Source: Nageia nagi
Taxonomy: Eukaryota > Plantae > Pinophyta
Assembly (NCBI GenBank): GCA_050084985.1
Contig: JBITNC010000001.1
Coordinates: forward strand, 171,554,001 to 171,618,000
Reading direction: 5' to 3'
DNA: 64,000 nucleotides
Shown here piece after piece: positions 53,701-64,000 of the stretch; position 1 is the stretch's first letter; the number at the start of each line of letters is the position of its first letter. Position numbers and translations under genes: made by a program. The notes under the pieces are model-generated. The model was not told where the DNA came from. It saw only the letters and a program-made list of their open reading frames with translations, and ran no database searches.

Positions 53701-56250
53701 AGAACTTCACGATCGACTTGATCCTTCACCATATGAAGAACTACCTTCCTCTTCATTTTTATTTGCTTGAGATTCATTTTACCCTTGATATATTATTGGA
53801 GATTAGACTTCATTAGGTATTTATTGTCCAACTTATTTCTCATTGAAGGCTTGCATGACTTCATTGACTAACTCCATAGTTCCACCATCTTAAGGAGATT
53901 ATTTTGGTGCATACATATCTTGCATCAAATCTATTACATTAATATTTTTCATGGTATTGAATTCATCAATTTCAATAACTTAATTGGATGATTCTCTAAT
54001 TGGATCCCTTACATGGAGAGGTAGAGGGGGCATTATAAGAATTTCAAAATTAGTAGGAGAAGAAGGAATAACATCTATCTTATCTTTATTACTTTCCTTC
54101 TCTTAATCTTCTTTTATTTTTCTAGAAACCTCAATTAATTCAATATTTAAAATTGCTATTTCTTTACTACATTAATCTTGCCAAGAGAGTAGTTTTCAAG
54201 TTCATCAACCATTATTTTAGCCTCTACGCAATAGCTACATGCAGAATACCCCAAGTTGAAAGGAAGCCTTATCATCCTATATTTTTTTCTCAATAAGTGT
54301 TCATACCCATACTTTATTTTCCTCATGAATTCAAAAACCATCATCTTGTTACTTACATATTTGGGTAGTTTCACTGGTTCTAGATCAACCCCATAAACAC
54401 AAATATAGAATACATTTGGATCCTCTAAGTAAAAGTATGTAAATTCATTGATAGCTTTCTTATATCCTTTTAACATCCTCTATAAAACACTAGGTCCCTT
54501 TAACTCATTGCAGATTGCATACTTTCATTTATCATTTCTCATCTTGACATCTTCCAACTTATTTTTCAAATTCCACTTGGGATAGGTTAAATATATGGGA
54601 ATGATAGGATTCCTAATCTTGTTCACTATACCACAATATTTAGTTTTATTATTACCATGTAACATTAGGTAAACAAAATTAGTATTCATATAAAATTGAA
54701 ATGTTTCTCTCATAGAGGTGAGTTTCTTGATTAAGGTATTACTGACTACTAAACTCCATTCGAGCATCTTTACATAACCTATATTGAGCAAGGAATATAA
54801 GAGGTATTTTTTAACCTTACATCTAAGTCTTTTCCAAGCCCTTGACTTAGAAAGCTCAACAAGATTGTGGTGCTATCTTGGAATCAAACTTTGTTTTCCA
54901 CCAACATCTTAAAATGATCAAGATCTTTGTATTCTAATTTCAAAAAGTTTGTAATTAGTTTTTTTTTTTCCTTAGGACCTTACAATAATTTACCTTAGAT
55001 TAGTCTTCTATGTATTCAAGACCTTTGTTAGACTAGCTAAAGTAATCTTTAATACCTTTGGGGTTCAAATATTCTATGAAATTACCTATGCAATATTTGA
55101 TAATTGTACTTTCAAAGTTGATTTGACAATGACTTCAAGGGCCAACTCTAAAAATCATATAACAAAAGGAAATATGATAAATTTGAAGAAACTTGGAGAA
55201 TATACCATATCATTTTGCTTCTCCTCTTAACTATGTTTGTCTATATCTTTGTAAATATTTTATGAAGCATTGTGACTCCATTTTTTATCTCTATTATTCT
55301 TTTATACATCATCAAATATTGCTTCTTATTTCAAGATTCCCTCCTTTTGTATCTCAATCAAAGTTACTTTCATCAATCTCTTTTTCACTTGATCTCTTTA
55401 AGAACTCATTCTGCATAATGAAAATATGGGTCAAAATTTTCATAAGATGAACCTTTATTTTCTTTTATTCATACTCAAATTTTTGTTAATGAAAAAAGAT
55501 GCAATTTTGTTTTTAATAGGTCATTTGGATCAAAATCAAAAAAATATTTTAAAACCATTATTTATTCTAAGTTGGATCAACAAGGTTGTTGATAAATTCC
55601 AATTCACATTAACATTGAATCTTCCGATATGACCTATTTTGTTCAAAGAGTTCGTTAAGCATCATTCAAGACTTAGTTTTTTAATTGGATCTAAACTTAA
55701 TAGTTTTTTAATTGGATCTAAACTTAATATTGATGAAATTTGAAAGTTATTATTTAGTTTCCAATTCTAAAATAAGAAGGTTAGGTTGACAGTCTTGTTA
55801 ACAAACATCAATTTGTGTCATCATTATCGTTACAAATTTGACTTTAATCCCTTGAGAAATTTCTTTAAGTCATGATAAAGTTTCATTATTCTAGGTTGAT
55901 TTTAAAACATATTTATCAACATTGTGATATTTTTTACATACTGTTACTTGGATATGACTAAGTTATTCTTTGGAAAGACTTAAGTCCCAAAATAGTCGGT
56001 TGGGTCAACTTCATCCTTTACATTTTACATTTTTCTTTCTTATCATCATTTTTGATCCAACCCATGTCTTATCCTTGTAAAATATATTTTAGGTATTCAT
56101 AGTTGTTAAAATCATTATTATTGGAAATCAATATCAGAAAACTTCAAATTTCATCCTAATATTTTAGTTTTGGACCTGTAGACTCTAAATAATACAATAG
56201 TATAAGTAATTAGGGGAATTAATACAGACACTATTTGGTCTATTTGTTTT
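50745..56250 (-). mobile_element. Older truncated relative of the giant-LTR element (5' LTR part, PBS, extra ORF)
   Basis: Minus strand AAGAAAAAGTGGTTAAAA (LTR end, about 51570), PBS TGGTGACTTTGTTGGGAA (51566-51549), then the extra-ORF homologue NKIIFFNQ...IKRLFHKRLFKSEANFEVS. Confidence 0.75.
52150..55409 (-). pseudogene. Accessory-ORF copy F inside the LTR of the minus-strand element
   Basis: TTATGCAG|AATGAGTTCT start at 55409; EWSLVVSNTL...FYMNTNFVYLMLHG...YPKW...MRNDK; YICVYGVDLEPVKLPKYVSNKMMVFEF. 3' boundary approximate. Confidence 0.75.
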
Positions 56251-57409
56251 TTGACATAAAGTAGGAATATGACAATAGATGATTAAGCATATAGGTTCAT
56301 TTCATTAACATGCATATTCAATTGATTAAAGAAAGTGATACATCAAGAATACGCAATATAACGTACATAAGCATAGCATCGATGCCCTAGTAATAGTATG
56401 CCACTAACATTGCGTTAAGGATAAAACTAAATATGCAACAAATGTTAAAATAACAATCAAATAAATTATTTATCAATATAATGAAAGTGTGATAATGCTT
56501 GAGATAAGAGATTCACTTATTATAGATAAGAAGACCTTGCAAAGGTTTACTTTGCAAATGATGCTCGAGTCTTTGGTTCTCTATTTGATCTTCAGTTGAT
56601 AGAAGCCTTGGGTTTGCTATAATCTATCCCTTATCTAATCTCCTCCTAATGATAATCCCACCATTCATATTTTTGTGTCTTGAATGCCTTTATATAGGGA
56701 TGCTTCTATTATAGGATTTGACCCTTCGTACATGCCATAAGGGTCAAATAAATGGCATACACCTTTCTTATACATTTTTAATCCCTTTTTAAATGATATA
56801 TTATTAAGGGATTAAAATGATTTATTAACTACATAAAGGTTCATTTTGAGGTGTCTACATTTGCCCCTCTTTGGATGTGTGATTGAAGTAATGAAATTAC
56901 ATGTCCAAAGAAGAAGTGTATCCAGGATATAGAAGAAATTTTTTTGATCTTTTTGCTGATACTAATTGAATGATGATGAGGGTCCTTATGCTGCCCCCCT
57001 TTTGACTTGGGTTCCCTAAGAAAGATCCTTATGTGAACTAGCCAAGGCAAATTCTATTGAAGAAGCTATATTTAGGAATATTGTTTGGATGATATTTGGT
57101 TGAATGTAGAAATCCATATCCAAGGTTGGAGATGGAAGATATGATGCACCTCCTTTATACTATTTCAATCATGAATTTGGATATTTAATTATGTTAGATA
57201 CTCAGGAAGCTGATGCACTTATGTCCATACCTCAAAACAAAGAGGTGATGATTTAGATGAGTGGAAATGGAAATGAAATGTATGTCACTAGCATCCTAAA
57301 AGATAGTGACCATGGTGTTGGTGCCCTATTGTTGGCTGTGTTTCCTGCTAGAGTTGAGAACCTACAATGATATGTTAGTCATAAAATCATAGGACAGATG
57401 TAGAATAAG

Positions 57410-58090
57410 CTACATCATCCATCAGAGATGATCCAATATCAGTAACTTACTTATAGTTGCATCATCGATTTATCTTTTAAGTGAGTGAACTCTGACTAAA
57501 CATGTGATTGGCCATCGGTGATCATACATTTGTATGTCTATGATCTAAAAATATTATGCTTTAGATTGGTTTAAAGAAAAAACCATATGGATACACAACA
57601 AAATATATCATCCATTAGAGATAATCGAATATCAACAAATTATTAATGAATTTATAGTTGATTTACTTTTAAGTGAGTGAACTGTCACTAGCTATGTCGA
57701 TGGCCATCAACAATCATATATTTATATGTCTATGATCTGAAGATAATATGCTTTGAATAGGTTCAAAGTAAGAATCATATGGATACACAACAAAATGCAT
57801 TGTCCATTAGAGATGATCCAATGTCAACAAATTTCTTATGGCTGCTATGTCGATAGCCATCAACGATCACATGTTTATATGTCTATGATATAAAGAAAAT
57901 ATGCTTTGGATAGGTTCAAAGTAAGTACCATATGGATACAAAGCAAAATGCATCATCCATTGGAGATGATACAATGTCAACAAATTTCTCATAGCTATAT
58001 CATTGGTTTACTTTTAAGTGAGTGAAATCTCACTAGCCATGCTGATGGCCATCAGTGATCATACATTTATATGTCTATGATCTAAAGACA
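57410..58090. repeat. ~190-bp tandem array (about 3.5 units, third unit shortened)
   Basis: TCCATTAGAGATGATCCAAT and ATGTCTATGAT, with TTTTAAGTGAGTGAA and ATATGGATAC in most units, recur from about 57417, 57609, 57801 and 57954. Confidence 0.88.
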
Positions 58091-59889
58091 TTAGGCATGT
58101 AAAGCAAGGATGAAATAAATATAATATTTATAATATGCTAAGCTAGATTGATAAAATATCATATAGAATATGCCAAAATTTTCACTCATGGGGGACCATG
58201 GCTAAATATTTTATTAGTATTCTCCTAATACTATGCTCTCGAATAATTATTCATGGATAAATAATGGAAGCACAAAGGGAGAATCTTAAAACATACCTGA
58301 TATTCAAACCTATAATGGTATAGAAAATTGAATTTTGCTTAATTTTTTACAAAGGAAGTACACTATTGATGCCCTAAAATCAATCAATGTATGTCATTGA
58401 TGTCATATTATTCTTTGAATTTTGCTAAAATAAAATTATTTTGGCTTTTGTTAATCAAAGTTTATTGATTCATCATACTTGTAGCTTAATATGAAATTGC
58501 CCCCAACTGATGCTAAAAAGGGTGTAAGGGAAGCCATCTTGTCACATAAATTAAATCCAAATCCACCATGTCATCATTCAACATGTGGAGGAGAACAAAG
58601 TTGTTTAGAGCTACAAGAAATGTAACATAGAATGTAGAGTGAAGTCTAGAAGGGGAGATAATACCTCTTCGATTTGCATATTTCTCCATGCCGACCATAG
58701 GCCATGCAAAAGATGCTGATTTATTCACTTGGCATGCATCAATTCCTATTAAAAAGTATCAACCTTTCCAAATACAAAATTAACTCACTTAATAACATCA
58801 AATGAAAATACAATACCTGTACCTAATGATGGAAGCATAATTTCTATACCAATCCTCATGCTAGGAAGTTACCATTAAGGTGAAGTACAGGAGGGTATTT
58901 AATTTTTGATTAACTCATGCATTAATACACCATTGATGCCCTGATGATATTACACCACCAACTTTGTGAAATAAGTGGAGCAAGCCATCCAATTAAGCAA
59001 TGGCTTCATATGTCACTGAATCTTGCAAATATCATGGACTTGTGGCTACTTGGGAGCAACCTTCTTGAAGATAGAATTTTACCCTACTAAATGGCTAAGA
59101 TCAAGTATTCATAATCTAATTTTTTTAGTTCTATATCATAGAAAAGTATCTACTATCATATGAAAAACTAGAAATTGATGGAAATGAAAAGGGCACATTG
59201 GAAACTCACCTAAATAGCAAATTAGCACGCTGTCGATGCCCTAAACTTAGTATAAATTTTAATGAAAAATTCAAATGATACAACTTTACCTAAGATATGT
59301 GGACATCATTTGAATAAATTCTGAGCATAAATTAGATCAAACATCCATCAATAGCACATATAACTCAAAGAAATGGATGCCTCTGACATCATGCAAATGG
59401 TAATTTTTAGTGCTTGAGAAAGAACAGGAGGGATTTAAAATTTTTTCATGGCAAATGAGCCCTCCACATAAATATTTTAGGATTTGTATGCATAAAAAGA
59501 GGTAATACCATAATCTGAAGCCCCAAATTCAACTTATAAAATCAAATTTTTATAAAAAATATGTCATTTTGACTTTGATGCCCTTACCATTTGGAGCCTT
59601 GACAAGTAGGCATTAACCTCCTCCTAGATTGATTGAGTTTGCCACCCTACCGTAAATGGTGCACTATTAGAGTGTCCATTACATCCATAGTTTGAGTGCA
59701 TTGAGTAGGAGGATGCCCATATAGGACCTATGACTATATAGTGATGGCTAATATCGACTAATGGAGTACTAATCGACCAATTACCAAGAGGATAGGTCAT
59801 CTAGCAAAGTATCTCCCTAGTCTACCATTCGAGCATGCAGTAAGTAGACTCAAATTTGATATATTATATTTTTATTATCAACACAGGTA

Positions 59890-61290
59890 GAGGATGGAGT
59901 AATAGACCAAATGGTACCTTACAGGATCATAAGGGGTTGATCTGAGGTGGGCCTATGAGGATCATAGCTTTGGATTTAGCTCGATATTTCCCATGAACTC
60001 AACAATCAGATGATATTTTAGATTGATGCAAGCTAGGGGAGCTTGCTTATGCAAGGATAGTGCAAGTAGACACTTCCCTTCTCATAGCCTTGGCTAAGAG
60101 ATGGTACCAGAATTGCTGCACATTTCACCTTCCCATAGGTGTGATGATAGTGACTCTAAGGGATGTATATCATATTTAGGATATACCCATCAGAGATGGT
60201 GTGGTGTGGTAGCATGTGGTATAGCCATGGTTTGTTGGATAGGTCCACTTGGTGGGTATAGGTCACCACAATCCATGGAGGCATGAAGGAGGTAGATGGA
60301 TGGCCTACAGGTGTTTGATATAGTGTGGATATGCTATGCAAACTATGTATGGCATGATGATGCATGCCATTTGGCATGGGTTAGATAGTCCCACTTATTC
60401 CAAACTTGATGAAATATTATGGAGCCATATCATCCAAAGTGTGTGCTAAGGTAGTTTGGGGTATTATAACCTATTCCCATTATGTCCCCAGTATACTAGA
60501 GATACCATGTAGAATAGGATGTACCTACTAATGTTGTAGATATGCCAACATGAACAGATGGATGGGGAGAGCCATAGGATCTAGATTCCCTAATAAATGT
60601 GATGCAAGTACCAAGGGTTGCCCTCGACTATGTAGGATGGTGGGCAGGAGTGCACCAAGGCCCATTGGGATTGGATGAGGTAGAGAGTAGTAATGATGGT
60701 GAAGTTGCAAGCCAAGCATTAGAGGAGGAGGATCAAATGCATGTGGATAATCTAATCAATGATGGGCCCCCATTAGTAAAGGGTATCAAGGTATTAGCGA
60801 TAGTTTCCCCTACCACAAGTAAGAAAGACTCAACTTATAGCTTTGTGATTTTCAAATAAATTGGTTAATGGGAGACTAACAACTATCATGTTTGATATGA
60901 AAGAGGATTTAGATACTCATGTACCTACCTTGGAGGTAGAGTTGGTCACAGTGAAGGCTACACTAGCAGTGAGAGATGCAGAGGTTATTTTACTATCATA
61001 GATAGTGAAGAGCCTCCAAGATGGGTTCATGATGCCCCCACCAGATTAGCAATGGGATTTTCTACAAAGTCAACATGATCAAATCACAACATAGGTCCAA
61101 GAGATATCCAAGCTATAGGCCAAGTTTTCAAGGTCCAAGACCCTCTTAGAGACTCATGGAATCATGGATAGTGGTATCTCAGGTGGAGTCTCTATCTTGG
61201 GTGCAAGTGTATGCAATGGAAGGAGGGTATGCTCAAGGAGTGATGTCTCCAATAGTGGGGCTAGTTCCCATCCATAGTGGTGGATGATGT
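59890..61290 (+). pseudogene. Aminotransferase-like plant mobile domain (PMD, MAIN/MAIL-like) ORF, decayed
   Basis: From 60060: VQVDTSLLIALAKRWYQNCCTFHLPIGVMIVTLRDVYHI*DIPI, matching the PMD hallmark ALxERW...TFHLPxGEMTxTLEDVxxIL. ORF limits approximate. Confidence 0.8.
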
Positions 61291-62099
61291 AGGGCTAAGG
61301 CCCATGTATATCTATTTTGTACAAAATTTTGACTTTGAGATATATATATGATTCATTATTTATGGAATCAACATGCTTTGTTTTTTTGTGTGTTATATTT
61401 AGATGGTTGACATTGGACACACACATAGGCACAATGAACCGTAAAAACTAACTCACTAATAGTAAAACATGCTAAATACACACACATTATGTTATGTATA
61501 ATTGATAATGAGCATAAGACATGTACACAAATTGAAATGACACACAACCTAAAGGAACCAAATGTACCTTGGAGACACTAGTAAAGGACGTGAATGTGTG
61601 TATGAGCATATATGTCATGACACAACACCCAGGATCAACCTAGAGACTAAGACACAATGTTTAGAATGATAAAAAGTAAATTTAAACATTTTGTCTCAAG
61701 AAAATCACAATGTAGGAATCCCAAAATAGAGATAAAAGGCCATTGGCACTATGCATAGAGATGAGTTGGATCCCTATATTATGGACATTAGAGGGAAATG
61801 ATAGATACAAATAAGATAAATCACTAGATTGGTGTAAGAAAAAAGATACAAAAATACCATAGCTACTAATATACACTGATTATGATATCTAAAAGAGATA
61901 AAGGAAAACCTTATGTACTTGGGCAGTTTTCACCACCCAAATACACTTCACAGAGGCATGAACAAAAAGAGGCACTTTTGTAGTAGTCATCCCTATGTTG
62001 TTGGCACCCTGAAAGCAATAATTCATGCTACTAGTGCCACACTATTTGATTCCATTCCTATTCCTATTTAGAGGAGGATGCTTGTATGCATGAGTGTTA

Positions 62100-63994
62100 G
62101 CTAAAAAATAATGTAAAGTATGGGAAACACTTACTATATCGGTGCACCCTTGATATTATGAAGAAGGTGTGGGATTATTGAATACCCCTAGCTATGCATT
62201 ATTTAGGTGTACAGGTCCCACCTGGTTAGCCAACTTTGTATCCATCCTGATTGCTCCATTATTAATGAAATCCTATATAAAGTTATGAAAAGTCTTGCAA
62301 TCCCAAGTTAGATGACCAGGTACCCTATGATAATTGCAAAATTCTTCATAGTGAAAATTTTTAGGCACACCATTAGTAAACTTAGGTTAAACAATAGGAG
62401 GAAATTCAAGTAGTTCCTCATCTAATAATACATTCAAAATATTAACAACACTATTAGTCAAAAGAGTATATTGGTGAGTATGTTTGGGTGGAGAAATACC
62501 TCATTTTTTGCATGTATCATTATTTGCTTCAATCTTGGTGTGATTTTCAGTAATAAGTTTTGTAGGTGAAGCATGATCAACATGTTTCATAGCACTCAAT
62601 TTTTTAATGCATGGTTCTTCTTTAGTAACAATGTCAATCATATCTCCTAAAGACATATCATGATTAGAAATGAAAAATAGCTTATATATAGGTAAGAGAC
62701 CATCCACAAAAATATGCTTGAGTTTGTGTTCATCCATGGTAATTTTACTAGCAATTTTTTTCCATAACTTCACAAAATCCTTCATTTATTGGTTAGGGAG
62801 TTGTTTAATTTTACACAATTCGTTAAGATAAACCTTCTTAGTAATGTTGTAACCATAATCATGTAAAAATATGTGAATCAAATCCTCATACCTATCAATG
62901 CTACTTTTAAGAAGGTGGAAGTACCATTTTAGATCCTCATCCTTCAAACTGTAAAAAAACAACTTAGCCAACAAATCTTGGTCATGCATATATTCAGTAG
63001 CTTCTTCATGAAATTTACGAATATGCATCCTAGGATCTTGCATACCATCAAACTTAGTAAATTTGAAATTCTTTTTTCAAGGGATTATTTTGGGAAGAAT
63101 TATATCAGTAAGGGATCTTTTTAAACATGAAAGGAAATCATCCTCACCACTCATAATGTTGTTAGGTCCTACATTGGTATTTAAGGATGGTGGTGGAGGA
63201 GGTTGTTGGATATTGTTTGGTGTTTGATGTGGAGTATATTTCAAAATAGGAAACTCATTAGTATGATTAACCTTATCCTAATCAAGTTCATGCAATACCC
63301 CTACCAAAATTTCCAATTATTCATATGGAGGTTGTTTATGCTAATTAGTATTTTCTTGGATATCTGTAATGATACCTACTTTAATCTTATGCTCCTCAAG
63401 AGTCTAAGTTGGTTGTAGCTTAAAGGTTTCTCTAATAAATTCGATAAGTTGTTGTTTAACAAGAGTTTTAATCTCATCATTAGGTAAAAGAATTTGAGTT
63501 TTACCTTTGTTTTCCCTATCGAAGTAATGTGGATTAAGGATCAAACTATTGTAAGATTCTTCTTCTTCATACTTAAGTTCTAATTGATCATCACTTCTGG
63601 AAACATATTCCTCTTGCAATGGCTATTCTAACTCAGTATCAAGCATTAGTTCAAGCTTTGCTCCATTAGGATATACATTGCCCACATTATGGTGAAAGTT
63701 GACCATGCTGCCTGCATTATGCATTTCATGTGTAGGTTGAAGATGTTTCAAATATTCCTTATAGAGGAACAAACTATCTTCTAATTCTATAGCTTTTGAA
63801 TTATTATCAAGAAAATTTGCATTGATAAAGTATAATAGAAGCATTATTACAAATACAAAATTATATCCTTTCTTTATTAAATAACACCTTTTGAATGGAT
63901 CAAGCATGGAAGGGAATCCTATCAAGATCAAGGAGTTCATCATCATCAAAGGGTTACGGATTAGGAGACAAATTATCCAAGTTGCTAGGGTCAA
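62100..63994 (-). pseudogene. gag of the pol-less element
   Basis: One frame from 63994 to 62501 with stops: FTKFDGMQDPRMHIRKF...LLAKLFFYSLKDEDLKWYFHL. Zn knuckle FCNYHRVPGHLTWDC near 62300-62340. Confidence 0.85.
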
Positions 63995-64000
63995 ATATAG

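Larger units (their letters stand above)
56250..64000 (-). mobile_element. Ogre/Tat-like gypsy element lacking pol (gag, antisense PMD, tandem array, 3' LTR); 5' end outside the window
   Basis: PPT AAAGAGGGGCAAA (56872-56860) followed by TGTAGACACCTCAAAATG (LTR start 56859). gag at 62100-63994. No PR/RT/RH/INT seen between gag and the LTR. Confidence 0.7.

Noticed and set aside
55674-55727. 27-bp exact tandem duplication
   Set aside because: Ordinary slippage inside a decayed LTR.
57410-58090. CRISPR-like periodicity
   Set aside because: Whole units repeat with no unique spacers, there are no cas genes, and the context is eukaryotic.

Overview
This is AT-rich, repeat-dominated plant nuclear DNA. 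The giant TE-filled introns and LTR styles suggest a gymnosperm (inference). There is one host gene: the first coding exon of an OSCA1/CSC1 (ERD4-related) mechanosensitive/osmosensing Ca2+ channel on the minus strand (15468-15781). It has a >15.4-kb downstream intron packed with nested LTR fragments and a probable ~9.3-kb 5'-UTR intron leading to a CpG-retaining promoter/first exon near 25.1-25.6 kb. Upstream lies a decayed L1 LINE split by a complete 19,341-bp Tat-type Ty3/gypsy element (28224-47564; ATGTG target-site duplication, tRNA-Arg-like PBS, order extraORF-gag-PR-aRH-RT-RH-INT). Its ~6-kb LTRs each contain a ~3.4-kb decayed ORF. Homologues of this LTR-borne ORF occur five times in the window in four divergent elements, each preceded by an AG acceptor-like site and an array of short repeated motifs. 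This LTR(U3)-encoded accessory gene system is the most notable observation. The right end holds a pol-less Ogre/Tat-like element with gag, an antisense plant-mobile-domain (PMD) ORF and a ~190-bp tandem array. All retroelement ORFs are pseudogenised. Coordinates are hand-read, and unanchored boundaries are approximate.
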